Part shown: positions 1 to 12,047 of the stretch, in pieces
Numbering within the stretch: the stretch's first letter is position 1
How the letters are laid out: each line of letters begins with the position of its first letter
Assembly: GCF_001194135.2 (NCBI RefSeq)
Contig: NC_069002.1
Span: 30,938,748 to 30,986,298, forward strand
DNA length: 47,551 nucleotides
Source of the DNA: Octopus bimaculoides
Taxonomy: Eukaryota
Direction of reading: 5' to 3'
Program-made: the position numbers and the translations under genes
The notes under the pieces: generated by a model
What the model saw: the letters and a program-made list of their open reading frames with translations, nothing else
Database searches by the model: none
Told to the model about the DNA's origin: nothing

Positions 1-84
<84 letters not shown>
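1..84. repeat. (TA)n-(GA)n compound microsatellite
   Basis: Direct reading of sequence. Confidence 0.95.
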
Positions 85-309
85 CAAACTCACTCAGATT
101 ACATAGATCAAAGGGTTAGAGGAGAAAAGGTATGATGTTACAAGTCTGACAGCTGTTTCGGGGTTGGTGGGTGGAGTTACCTCACAAAGTTGGCAGATGT
201 AGATAACCAAAAATTTACACCCAGTAATGAAAGCAAACAAACATTGGAAAAATTGAGCCTCCTTCTTCAGGGTGGAGAGCTCTCCAAGATTCCTACAACA
301 TAGCCAAGG

Positions 310-486
310 CTGGACCTATATGTTAACAAAATTATTGAGGTGGGCTGAATTTCAGGAAATTAATGAAAAGTTACCCCATACAAATTGCCAGTTTCATGTT
401 TCCCTACCTTCTTTGCAATCTTTCTCACTGAACTCTCTGATCGTGGATTAGTGTACAACTCTTTATCAGGGATACAACGTTGGTAA
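310..486 (+). pseudogene. Possible decayed tyrosine-recombinase (DIRS-like) N-terminal fragment
   Basis: Frameshifted peptides LDLYVNK (310-330), LLRWAEF (332-352) and AIFLTELSDRGLVYNSLSG (from 415) resemble the Y..KW..F / FL..L...GL.Y.S pattern of DIRS integrase core-binding domains. Recognised by eye only. Confidence 0.3.
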
Positions 487-869
487 GACATATGACAGAG
501 GGGGGAAAAAGACAATTAGATAGATTGAGGGTATTGAAATATATTTTGAAAATAATAGATGCCAAAAAGCTGATAAAATACTTACTTGTAGGTAATTATA
601 TATAGAAATATCTAATTTAAGATTGTCAGAAGCTTTTGCAGTCTTTATCTTTCATGAGATTGGTTACTATAGCAACAGACTAAAAGATGGTAACATGGTA
701 TTTTTAATACTGAAGACATTTTGTGAAATATGTCTTGATTAAGAAAAAGATTTTTATATATTAGTCTGTAATACTCAAGTTTATTGATTTTGCTATTTAT
801 GAAATATTCCTTACAGTAAATGGCATCGTCATTGAAAACCTGTATGTAACAACAACAACAATAATAAAA

Positions 870-1067
870 TAGTGGTTTCAAATTTTGGCACAAGGCCAGC
901 AATTTCTGGAGAGGGGCTAAGTTGATTACATCAACTCCTCCCCCCAATGATAAACTGGTACTTATTTAATCAACCTCAAATGGATGAATGCTAAAGTCAA
1001 CCTCAGTGGAATTTGAATTCAGAACATAGAGATGGTGAATTACTGCCAAGCATTTCGTCTGGCAAGC

Positions 1068-1115
<48 letters not shown>

Positions 1116-1335
1116 TAATAATAATAATAATAATAATAATAGTAATGGTTTCAAATTTTTGCCATAAGGGCAACAATTTTTGTGGGAGGGGATTAGTCGA
1201 TTACATTGACCCCAAGTATGCAGCTGGTACTTAATTTATCGACCCTGAAAGGAGGAAACGTAAAGTCAACCTCAGTGGAATTTGAACTCAGAACGTAGCA
1301 ACAGGCGAAATACTGCTAAGCATATTGCCCAGCAG
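870..1335 (-). mobile_element. Two tandem family A tRNA-derived SINEs joined by (AAT)n
   Basis: Reverse complement shows the B-box GTTCAAATTCC and the central GTCGACTTTGCCTTTCATCCTTTCGGGGTCGATAAATTAAGTACCAG-like block shared with about 20 copies in the window. From memory, this block resembles the Meta/MESC SINE domain. Confidence 0.85.
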
Positions 1336-1908
1336 ATCTGGTGCAGATCTTCAGCTTGCCAGGTCTGGTCAAACTGTCCAACCCATGCCAGCATGGAAAA
1401 TAGATGCTAAATGATGATGATGGAATTTTTGATGATGTAGATAATGTGCTTTCTTGAAAATATTGTGTATTGCTGATAATGTAGTATGTTGTTGATAATG
1501 TTGGATGTTGGTAATAATGTTTGTTGCTGATAATATTGTATACTGTTGATAACATTGAATATTTTTGTTAATGTTGTATTGCCCTTAAACTTGTATATTG
1601 TTGATAATGCAGTATTTTGTCACTACTATTGTATCATCATCATCACCATCGTTTTAACATCCACTCCCCCATACTTGCATGGATCAGATGGAATTCGTTG
1701 AGGCAGATTTTCTAAGGCCAGATGCTCTTCCTGTCACCAACCCTTCACTTGTTTCCAAACAAGGTAAAATTACCCTGTTGGTTAGATGTTTTCCAAGAAA
1801 ACTGTAAATGTAAGACACCACTTCTCTTTTAGGACTGTCATGTGATATCAAAACAGACACAAACACACATATATATGCATGTATATATATATATATATAT
1901 ATATATGC

Positions 1909-1976
<68 letters not shown>

Positions 1977-1980
<4 letters not shown>

Positions 1981-2090
1981 GTGCAGGCTGGCTGTGTAGT
2001 AAGAAGGTTGCTTCCCAACCACATGACTCTGGGTTCAGTCCCACTGTGTGGCACCTTGGGCAAGTGTCTTCTACTACAGCCTCGAATCTA
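1977..2090 (+). mobile_element. Family B tRNA-derived SINE, 5' fragment
   Basis: GGCTGTGTAGTAAGAAG...GGGTTCAGTCCCACTG...CACCTTGGGCAAGTG (A box, B box, CORE-like block). Matches copies at 4718, 6091, 10082, 11262, 20600, 29667, 39352 and 47228. Confidence 0.8.
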
Positions 2091-2359
2091 GTACTTTGGT
2101 GTTTGATGTCTGCCACATGAAAATATATTGGTTTAGCTTCATTTTGGTTCCACAATTAAATATAAGGAATGCAAATTGTTGTTGTTTAGCCCCAAATTGA
2201 TTAAAGGTTTTCCAGCCATGACCATCCCGTTGTTTTGTATACCAGATGTATACAATGATGGGACAATGTCCAATGTATCTTAACCATTTCTGAGGCAGTA
2301 TGGTATGAATTGAGGGAGCTGTGCCTACTATTTATAGCAGATCAAGAAACTGTATCTAG

Positions 2360-3110
2360 TCTCCTGGTAGAAACAAGGATTGACTGTAAAGTGGATACTG
2401 TTAAGGTAGGCTGTAAAAGGGACAGAATTGAAGTAGGCTATAAAGGGGATAGAATTGTGGTGGGGTCTGATGGGGACACAACTGAGGTAGAGTATAAAGG
2501 GAGCACCATTATGGTAAGCTGAAAGGGGATAGAATTGAAGTAGACTACAAAGGGGATAGAATTGAAGTAGACCATAAAGGGGACAGAAATTAAGGCAGAA
2601 TGCAAAGAGGATGGCATTGTGGCAGGCTTTGAAGGGACAGTTTTTATAGAGCAAGACAGAGATAATATTGGGGGTAGAATGCAAAAGGGACAATATTATG
2701 GTTAGCTGTAAAGGGACTCCATCATGGTAGACTGTAAAGGAGACAATATTGTGGTAGACTTAAGGGACAGAATTGTGGAAGGTGGTAAAGGGGAGAGAGT
2801 TGAGGTGATGTGTAAAGGGTACAGTATTGAGACAGGGTAAAAGGGATAGAATTATGATAAGCTGCAAAAGGGGACATGTTTTATAGACCATAACAGAGAC
2901 AGTACTAAGGTAGAATGCAAAGGGGACAATTGAAGTTGACTGTGAATGTGACAGAGTGAAGTAGACTTTGAAGGGGACAGAATTGTAGAAGGCTGCAAAG
3001 GAGACAATGTTTATGATAGGTTGTAAAGGGGACAGTATTGAGATAGAACGCAAAAGGAACATCGTTAAGGGGATGATACAATGGTACGCTGAACCTTTTA
3101 TCATCAATAC
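2360..3110. repeat. Degenerate purine-rich minisatellite (~21-23 bp, AAAGGGGACAGAATTGAAGTAGACTGT-like)
   Basis: About 30 recognisable AAAGGG(G)A(C/T)A cores at regular spacing. Confidence 0.85.
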
Positions 3111-3169
3111 TCATTATTTTTGTCTGTTCTTAATTAGGTTATTGATTACAAAAAGAATAAGATTGTAGC

Positions 3170-3268
3170 AAACTGTTGTTACTGTTGGAGTTGCTGCTGC
3201 TGCTGCTGCTACTGCTGTTGTTGTTGCCGTATTGTTGTTGTTGTTGTTGTTATTGTTGCTGCTACTGT
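3170..3268. repeat. (GTT)/(GCT) trinucleotide microsatellite
   Basis: Direct reading; source of the poly-Leu ORF 3232-3549. Confidence 0.85.
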
Positions 3269-3756
3269 TGATAAAAACTGTATCTTCGTCATATGTAATT
3301 GATCAAATAGCCTCGATTCTACATTTTATCTTCGAACAATCAAGCAATTTCACTCNNNNNNNNNNNNNNNNNNNNNNNNNNNNNNNNNNNNNNNNNNNNN
3401 NNNNNNNNNNNNNNNNNNNNNNNNNNNNNNNNNNNNNNNNNNNNNNNNNNNNNNNNNNNAAAAAAAAAACTCCAGTAAACAACAGAGCTATTCATAGAAA
3501 AACAATGGTTTTAAACTCTGGTTTTAATATAACTTTGCCAATTTTGTAAGTAATACTATTATAATATCTTATAATTAATTAATGATGACGGTAATGATGA
3601 TGATATCGATGATAATGATGTTGATGATGATGATGATATTGATGATGATGACAATGGTGATGATGATGAAGTAATTATGTGTAATTGAAATCAGAAAGAG
3701 CTATTTGAAAATGGTTTCCATGGAGAGAGAAAGAGAGAGAGAGAGGGGAGAGAAAG

Positions 3757-3793
<37 letters not shown>

Positions 3794-4685
3794 CTTCAAT
3801 ATTTATCCAAAGTCTGTAATTCCAGACGATTATTCAATAGCTTAATTCTTAAAGGATTCTGAACCATTTTTTTGTTTGGAATATGGTAAGGGAAAGGAAG
3901 GAAGAAAGAAAAAGAACAGAACAAAGTGACACAAAAGACATCTGATTTTTAATTCACTGTTCGTTATAATAATTAAATTATGCCTTCATTTGGTTTTGGT
4001 TTTTAATCTAAAAATATTACCTATAAACGATCTTAATTATGTATTAATATTTACAATTATTTTCAATTGAGGCTTGACTCTTACGAAAACATTTTGCTTT
4101 AAAAAAAAATGTAAAAGGGAAGAAAAAATTATGCAAAAAAGCATCATCATCATCACCCTCACCTTACCAGCAGCTTCTATTTCATCATCCTCATCACTAC
4201 CCCACCACAACCACCACCACCACCACCACAATCATCCTCATCAGCAGCAGCAGCACCACCACATTTGACAGGATAATCTGAATGCTAAAGGGTTAATGAG
4301 TGCAGTGAGGGTTAAGTGTGGTGTGCAAAACACAAACCATCACACCTAAAACCCCAATACATTCTCTCTGGTAGTTTCAGGAACATTCAATTGCTTTGGC
4401 TCTGTCAGTTGTGTCTTCAAATTCTGGTAAATTTCCTGCAGCTGGATGCTCTTCATACACTTCTGTTACACCAACCACTTGACAGAGCAAGCTGGTGGGT
4501 ATTCGATCATGGCATCAACATCAAAGAGGTTGTCAGGCCCTCAGCAGGAAAAAACAGTAATTTCAACCCATCACTCACATCTTCATACTCTCCCCTCTAT
4601 CAAACCGCTCAGCCATGCTTGCCTTGAAAGAATGGAGTCAACGCAGAGTAGAAGGAACTCTTTGGTATTGCAGAGGTACAAAGCA

Positions 4686-4717
<32 letters not shown>

Positions 4718-4719
<2 letters not shown>

Positions 4720-4810
4720 TTGGGCACTTGCCCAAAGTGCCACACAGTGGGACTGAGCCCAGAACCATGTGGTTGGTAAGCAAGCTACTTACCACACAGC
4801 CACTCCTGTA
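4718..4810 (-). mobile_element. Family B SINE, 5' fragment
   Basis: CACTTGCCCAAAGTGCCACACAGTGGGACTGAGCC...ACCACACAGCCACTCCTG is the reverse complement of the family B head. Confidence 0.8.
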
Positions 4811-4911
4811 CATATATGTATACATATATACATACACAAATACAGGGAAAACCTATTTTGCATATCTCAAAATTTCTAAATCTTTGACTTAAATAATATC
4901 CATCCATCCAT

Positions 4912-4943
<32 letters not shown>

Positions 4944-4958
4944 CTATATTTCACTATA

Positions 4959-4994
<36 letters not shown>

Positions 4995-5199
4995 TGTATG
5001 TATGTATGTATATATATTATATTATATTATTATATTTTCATACACAAGTAAGCACATAAATGCAAAACAAGGTGTGTGTATACTTTATTGGGTACATCCA
5101 GTTTAATTAAATAAGAAAGAGGGATTTTCTTGGATTTATAATCTCTGTTTAGATAATCTTAGGATTAAATGATTTCATATCGCTGAGCTACTTTCTTTT

Positions 5200-5960
5200 T
5201 TCCTCAGCAATGTTACTATGGTGACCCTGTTACTATAGCGACTGCTACGAGTTACATTACAACAGCTCTGTTACAAATATCAATGATAAAGCTGTGTTAC
5301 AGATGACAGAGTGAAAGCTGTATCACAATTATGAGCGGCAAATTGCGTGTTACAGGGGTCACAGGTAGAAATTGTGGGACAATGAGGAATGGTAAAATCT
5401 GTGTTACAACTGTGAATGATAGAGGCTGTATTACAAATGTTGCTGGAAAATCTATGTTACTGGTAGAGTCTGTTACAATTGTCAAATGAGTGTTGAAAGC
5501 TGTTTAACAGATATCATTGTTAAAATTTATGTTACAACTGTCAATGCTAAAAGCTTTATTACAAAAGCTATGTTACAACTATCACTGGCAGAAGTTGTGT
5601 TACAAATGTCAATGGTAGAAGCTGTGTTACAAATGTCTCTAGGTGGAAGCTGTGTTACAAATGACAATAGTAAAAACTGTGTTACAAATACCAATGGCAA
5701 AAGTAGTGTTACAACTGTTAATGGTAAAAACTATGTTACAAACACTTTGTTACAAATGTCAGTGACAGATGTTGTGTCACAAATGTCAATGGTAAAAGCT
5801 ATGTTACAGCTTTCAGGGTGTGAGGAGCGTTACGATTAGGAATGGCAAAGTTGTGTTACAAATATCAATGGTGAAATTTGTGTCACAAATGTCAATGGTA
5901 AAAACTATGTTACAGTCATCTGTTTGACACATAATGGGTTACAAATAACAGTGATAAAAA
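5200..5960. repeat. Degenerate minisatellite (~22-24 bp, TGTTACAAATGTCAATGGTAAAAGC-like)
   Basis: About 28 TGTTAC(A/T) cores in register; explains ORF 5486-5839. Confidence 0.85.
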
Positions 5961-6090
5961 AATATATCTCTCTGTCTGTCTATTTGTCCCATATTTCAGC
6001 AAATCAACAATCTCTATGGAAACTCTAATGACAATATATTCTATGTAATAATAATAAATTCTGTGTCACACATTTGTGACACACGTATGT

Positions 6091-6492
6091 CATGGCTGTT
6101 TGGTAAGAAGCTTGCTTCCCAACCATATGGTTTTGGGTTCAGTCCCACTGTGTGACATCTTGGGCAAGTGTCTTCTACTATAGCCTCGAGCCAACCAAAG
6201 CCTTGTGAGTGGATTTGGTAGACGGAACTGAAAGAAGCCCATCATATATATATATCTATGTGTGTGTATGTTTTTTTTCTCTGTGTTTGTCCCCCCATCA
6301 CTGCTTGACAACCGGTGTTGATGTGTTTACGTTCCTGTAATCTAGCAGTTCAGCAAAAGAGTCTGATAGAATAAGTACTATGATTTTTTTTTTTAAATGT
6401 CTTGGGGGTCAATTTGTTTGACCAAAACCCTTTAAGGTGGTACTCCAGCATGGCTACAGTCAAATGACTGAAAAAAGTAAAGAAATAAAAGA
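6091..6492 (+). mobile_element. Family B SINE, near full length
   Basis: tRNA-like head, CORE-like block, internal (TA/TG)n and 3' end ...CAGCATGGCTACAGTCAAATGACTGAAAAAAGTAAAAG. Colinear with the reverse complement of 29667-30063. Confidence 0.85.
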
Positions 6493-6536
6493 ATATTCTA
6501 AAATTTTTTCTCAGACTCACAAACCATCTCTCCCAC

Positions 6537-6580
<44 letters not shown>

Positions 6581-6632
6581 ATTTCACTCTCTCTCTCATG
6601 CTCATTTTTCTCTCTTTTTTTTTTCCTTGCAG

Positions 6633-6653
6633 GACTTTTACTAAAGCAGCACG
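6633..6653 (+). other. Syt1: 5' UTR part of the first coding exon of Syt1
   Basis: Long (CT)n/poly-pyrimidine tract ending TTTTCCTTGCAG (AG 6631-6632). In-frame TAA at 6642-6644 upstream of ATG 6654; A at -3. Implies an unlocated upstream non-coding exon. Confidence 0.75.
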
Positions 6654-6840
6654 ATGCCCGCTTATCTCTCAGATACGCTTCTGCGATTGAGGCGTGATGC
6701 AGCAGCTAAAGATAGTGCAGATGAGGTGACCACAGTGGCTGATGACAATGGAGCGTCCGGTGTGGAGACTTCTACGAAACCAACTAAACAAAATGGTATT
6801 GACAAAATTATGGACGAAGCATTACATGAATTAGAAAAAC
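6654..6840 (+). CDS. Syt1: Synaptotagmin-1, first coding exon (luminal N-terminus MPAYLSDTLLRLRR...DKIMDEALHELEK)
   Basis: 62 codons + 1 nt, donor GTAGGT at 6841 (phase 1). The C joins TA at 35782 to give ELEK-L-PIWAI, the junction expected in molluscan synaptotagmin I. Confidence 0.9.
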
Positions 6841-8552
6841 GTAGGTACCTTCCTTTGCCCTTTAGCGGTCTGCTTATCGTTTTTTTCCTATTTTCTCTCT
6901 ATTTTTTCAACACCACATATAAATCTATTTATCCATACATACATACACATATACTTACATATATATATGTATATATATACATATATGCACACACACATAC
7001 ATACAGGTATACATATGTACATATGCATGTGAGCATATGTTTATGTATATATGTGTGTGTGTGTGTATATTTGATATACAGTTACATATCTACATCTGTA
7101 CGTATATATTTATGTATGCGTTAATACGTGACTGTATATAATTGAGTATATATATATATATGTATGTATATGTAAGCATGTATGTTTGTATGTATAAACG
7201 TGTGTTTGGTTTGTGTATGTGTGTGCTTGTGTGTGTGTATGGCTGTATATGTGTCTATGTATTACATATGTATATATATGTATATCTATGTATGTATGTC
7301 TGTATATATATATATATATATATTTTACATGAATATATATTACATGTATATGTATGTATGTAGGCATGCATGTAGGCATGTATGTATAGTATGTATGTGT
7401 GTGTATATGATATCTGTAAATCAAGCCTATAAGACTACAACTGTATTTTATTGTGAGAAATAAAATATATTGTATTGTCTGAGCCAGTTACTGAGAATCC
7501 ATGTCTTCATTTGACATGCTAGAAATAGCAGCAACATCTTCAGAGTACAACCTATTGTCTTGTAAAAGAAGGAACACATTGAATGATGTAGTCCAAAACA
7601 TGCAATACCATGAGAAATCTGAGATCAGTTGACATTTGCTACCCAATCACAGCTGACTTGAAACAAACAATCGTAATGCATACAATATATATATATATAT
7701 GTGTGTGTGTGTATGTGTGTGTGTGTATATGTGTGTGTGTGCGTGTATGTATATGGGTGAAAAATCACACACACATATATATGTATATAAGGCACCTGTT
7801 GATCTTGTCAGTGATGAGATCACAGCAAAAAGCACCCAGTACACTCTATAAAGTGGTTGACATTAGGAAGGGCATCCAGCCGTAGAAACCATGCCAGAAC
7901 AGACAATGGAGCCTGGTACAGCTGCTGTGAAACTGTCCAAGCCATGCCAGCCTGAAACACATACACACACGTTTATATGTGTGTGTGTGTGGGTGTGGGT
8001 GTGTATTTATGCTTGTGAAACCACGAAGAAGATAGCAAAGTCCTCTCAATTGTTGGATGTGTTCCACTGACACTCTAAATTCAGTCCTGGTCATCTTTCA
8101 CCAGGACACCAGGACAGCAAGACAAACAAAGAAGTGATGAGAAAATTTACAGGCTGTGGTGACTAAGCAATGGGTAGGGTTTGCTGAGCATGTGTTTCGA
8201 TTATGGCAGGACAGATGTGCTACCACTGAGATGGAATGGGTGCCAGAGAGAAGAGAAAAAAAAAAAGCAAGCAGAAGACCAAAGAAGATGACATGCAATC
8301 TGGAATGACATTATAGCTATGGAAATTGGTTTGAGTGGAGCCAAGAAGAAAGCAAATAATTGGGACATTTGGAGATGGCTTGTTGCCCATCATGCTGATG
8401 GCACTGGGGGATTTCAGAGCTAAGGGTATGGGGAAAAATAATTACAAAAATGCATGTGTGGATAAACATGTATATTTGTGTATATATGCATGTGTGTGAA
8501 TATGTATGTGGTATATAGATATAAATACTTGTGAATATATACAAGTATATAT

Positions 8553-8940
8553 TTTTTTTGTTGGCACTCCGTCGCTTACGACGACGAGGGTTCCAGTTGA
8601 TCCAATCAATGGAACAGCCTGCTCGTGAAATTAACGCGCAAGTGGCTGAGCACTCCACAGAAACATGTACCCTTAACGTAGTTCTCGGGGATATTCAGCG
8701 TGACACAGTGTGACAAGGCTGACCCTTTGAATTACAGGCACAATAGAAACAGGAAGAAAGAGTGAGAGAAAGTTGTGGTGATAGAGTAGAGCAGGGTTCA
8801 CCACCATCCCCTGCCGGAGCCTCGTGGAGCTTTAGGTGTTTTCGCTCAATAAACACTCACAACGCCCGGTCTGGGAATCGAAACCACGAACCTATGACCG
8901 CGAGTTCACTGCCCTAACCACTGGGCCATTGCACCTCCAC
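8553..8940 (-). mobile_element. Family C tRNA-derived SINE, full length with 12-bp TSD
   Basis: Minus strand begins GTGGAGGTGCAATGGCCCAGTGG (A box), has GGTTTCGATTCC (B box) and ends in a CAACAAAA tail. TSD ACAAGTATATAT at 8541-8552 and 8941-8952. Roughly 90-95% identical by eye to 31899-32286. Confidence 0.9.
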
Positions 8941-9437
8941 ACAAGTATATATACGCTTGTTATAAACTTCCAAGACACTGCGAACATAAATAGAGATGCA
9001 TCATCATCATCATCATCATCCATTTGTGTGTAAAGTCACAATTGACATATTCCAGTGTAATTGGATGTAATAAAGCCTTTCACTGCAGGAAAACACCTGA
9101 ATACACCCAACACACACACACACACACATTGTTGGCTTATGGGTGCTGATGCCATGTAAAAGAAACCGTGTCGGTGCCATGGAAATGTGCCCATGTTGGT
9201 GCCATGTAAGAGTGCCTGTGTTGATGCCACATACAAGCACCCAACACCCTGTAAAGTGGTTAGTGTAAGGAAGGGTGTCCAACTGTTGAAATGATGCCAA
9301 AACAGACAAACTGGATCCAGGCAGCTCTTCAGCAGGCCAGCTCTTATCAAACTGTCTAACCGAAGCCAGCATAAAAAAGATGATGATGATGATGTTTGTA
9401 CACACACACACACACACACATTTATTTATATAGTGAA

Positions 9438-9676
9438 GGTGCCTTGCCTGATGGTTAGGCTGTTGCACTCACAATCGCTAGATCATGAGTTCAATTCCCT
9501 GACTGGATAGCAAGTTGTGTTCTTGAGCAAAACACTTCATTTCACTTTGATCAGGGAGGACTGTTGGCCAACTTGTCTAGCCAGCAGGCTAGTGTCATCT
9601 GAAGGTTAAAACAATGCAAAAGTGCATTGTGACCAGCGATGTGTAACAACATCTGATAGCCTGGTCAGTCACGTGC

Positions 9677-9707
<31 letters not shown>

Positions 9708-10035
9708 CAGTACACATATATACTTATTGGTGCATGGTCAAATGCTTAGGGCATTGCACTCACCATCACAAAGTTGTGGTTTCGATTCCCAGACTGGGCA
9801 GTGCCTTATGTTCTTGAGCAAAACACTTCATTTCGCGTTGCCTCAGTGCACTCAGCTGCAAATGGGCAACCCCCTGCAATGGACTCATATTCTGATGAGA
9901 GGGAATGTTGGCCTCCCTCCCACCTGCTGGCCAGCAGGACGGCATCAACCAAAACCAACAAGAATGTAAGGAAGCACATTGTGACCAGCAGGGTGTAACA
10001 ACACCTTATAGTCTGATCAATATGGCATACAGTGA
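9438..10035 (+). mobile_element. Two adjacent family F tRNA-derived SINEs
   Basis: Both have GGTTAGG..GTTGCACTCAC heads, a B-box, TGTTCTTGAGCAAAACACTTCATTTC and CATTGTGACCAGC..GTGTAACAACA 3' parts. Minus-strand relatives lie near 29190, 30440, 33200, 36830, 37250 and 41510. Confidence 0.8.
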
Positions 10036-10159
10036 TATGCACACACACACACACACACACACATACATCTATGTATGTCTAGGCATGGCTGTGTGGTAAG
10101 AAGCTTGCTTCCCAACTACATGGTTTTGGGTTCAGTCCCACTGCATGGCCCCTTGAGCA

Positions 10160-10342
10160 AGTGTCATTGGAGGAGAGGGATAGTCAATTATATTGGCTCC
10201 ATTATTCAATTGATATTTATTTTATCAACCTTGAAAACATGAAAGACAAAGTCAACCTCAGCGGAATTTGAACTCAGAGCATAAAGACAAATGAAATGCC
10301 ACGAAGCATTTGCATCCAAGGTTCTGCCAGCTTTCTACCTTG

Positions 10343-10394
<52 letters not shown>

Positions 10395-10614
10395 TAATAA
10401 TCCTTTCTATGATAAGCACAAGGCCTGAAATTTGAGGGGAGGGGACTAGTCGATTACATCGACCCCAATGATTCACTGGTACTTAATTTATCAACTCTTG
10501 AAAGGATGAAAGATAAAGTTGACCTCGGCGGAATTTGAACTCAGAACGTAGCGACAGGCAAAATACCACTAAGCATTTCATCCAATGTGCTAACAATTCT
10601 GCCAGCTCGCCACC

Positions 10615-10668
<54 letters not shown>

Positions 10669-10880
10669 GTTTCATATTTTGGCACAAGGCCAGCAATCTC
10701 AGGGAAGGGAATAAGTCCATTACATCAGCCCCAGTACTCAACTGGTACTTATTCTATCGACAACAAAAAGGATGAAAGGCAAAGTTGACAGCAGCAGATT
10801 TTGATCTCGGAATATACAGACAGATGAAATGTCTTTAAGCATTTTGTCTGGGGGGGCTAAAGGTTCTGCCAGCTCCCTGT
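10160..10880 (-). mobile_element. Three head-to-tail family A SINEs separated by (AAT)n tracts
   Basis: Three repeats of the CTGGTACTTA(A/T)TTTATC...GAATTTGAACTCAGA...GCCAGCT module, with (AAT)n at 10344-10400 and 10616-10666. Confidence 0.85.
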
Positions 10881-11261
10881 CCTTCCCTTCAGTTTGTACT
10901 TGTATTGTACCTTTAGCTACAGTGTTGAAATAATGGACCTAGTCTATGACGTTAGCCCCTATATAGCCCCTTTATTTCCAAGAAATAGCAGCCAAATCTA
11001 CCTCAAATCACATCTTATTGTTTTAAAAATAGATTGACACACTGAACCATAGATTAGACTGAACTAGGTATAAACAGTAACAACAACAACAACAAGGATG
11101 GATTTTTTGATAATCTTATTTAACAGATGTCTTCTCATCAACCAAGAACCAAATATTGTTCTCTACCAACAATGCCAGCTAATCTTCCAATCAAAACAAG
11201 GAGACTAAGGGGAAAAAAAAGAATGGTGAATATAATCTGAATCACAATTTTAAGTTATCTC

Positions 11262-11378
11262 TGGGTTCAGTTCTACAGCATGGAAACTTGGTCAAGTGTC
11301 TTCTACTATAATTCCAGGTCAACCAAAATCTTGTGAGTGGATTTGGTTAACTGAAACTGAAAGAAGCCTGTCGTATAG

Positions 11379-11415
<37 letters not shown>

Positions 11416-11584
11416 TTGTCTTCATATCACGTGATAGTTGTAAACAAGTGTCCTTTGTTTCTAATCTTCTGTGGGAACACGTCTGATCAAAAGGAAATGA
11501 TTACCTTACTTGGAAACAGGCGAGGGTTGGCAGCTGAAAGAGCATCTTGCCAAAGAAATGTCCACCTCAGCAAATTCCATCCTA
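11262..11584 (+). mobile_element. Family B SINE variant, truncated by N gap
   Basis: GGGTTCAGTTCTACAGCATGGAAACTTGGTCAAGTGTCTTCTACTATA...GAAACTGAAAGAAGCC followed by (TG)n. Confidence 0.7.
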
Positions 11585-12047
11585 NNNNNNNNNNNNNNNN
11601 NNNNNNNNNNNNNNNNNNNNNNNNNNNNNNNNNNNNNNNNNNNNNNNNNNNNNNNNNNNNNNNNNNNNNNNNNNNNNNNNNNNNNNNNNNNNNNNNNNNN
11701 NNNNNNNNNNNNNNNNNNNNNNNNNNNNNNNNNNNNNNNNNNNNNNNNNNNNNNNNNNNNNNNNNNNNNNNNNNNNNNNNNNNNNNNNNNNNNNNNNNNN
11801 NNNNNNNNNNNNNNNNNNNNNNNNNNNNNNNNNNNNNNNNNNNNNNNNNNNNNNNNNNNNNNNNNNNNNNNNNNNNNNNNNNNNNNNNNNNNNNNNNNNN
11901 NNNNNNNNNNNNNNNNNNNNNNNNNNNNNNNNNNNNNNNNNNNNNNNNNNNNNNNNNNNNNNNNNNNNNNNNNNNNNNNNNNNNNNNNNNNNNNNNNNNN
12001 NNNNNNNNNNNNNNNNNNNNNNNNNNNNNNNNNNNNNNNNNNNNNNN

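Noticed and set aside
140-270. GAAACAGCTGTC on the minus strand (148-159) looks like a hammerhead helix III with a GUC site; a CTGAAGA lies ~100 nt away (262-268)
   Set aside because: No complementary helix I and no convincing helix II connect the two halves; at most a decayed remnant.
1684-2155. Multiple 70-112 aa ORFs rich in YI/IY
   Set aside because: Translations of (TA)n microsatellites plus SINE sequence. The same applies to the ORFs at 6950-7460, 13236-13625, 22890-23072, 24203-25020 and 37954-38172.
6841-7124. Continuation of ORF 6654-7124 beyond ELEK
   Set aside because: Read-through into the intron; donor at 6841 and phase match to 35782 define the true exon end.
8531-8713. Repeated ORFs containing WNPRRRKRRSAN / LALRRLRRRGFQ (also 31773-32009)
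   Set aside because: Both come from family C SINE copies with TSDs; not genes.
8915-8940. tRNA-like A and B boxes in SINE heads
   Set aside because: They continue into SINE bodies, lack a complete cloverleaf with acceptor stem, and are multicopy; no true tRNA gene is called. No rRNA or CRISPR array was seen.
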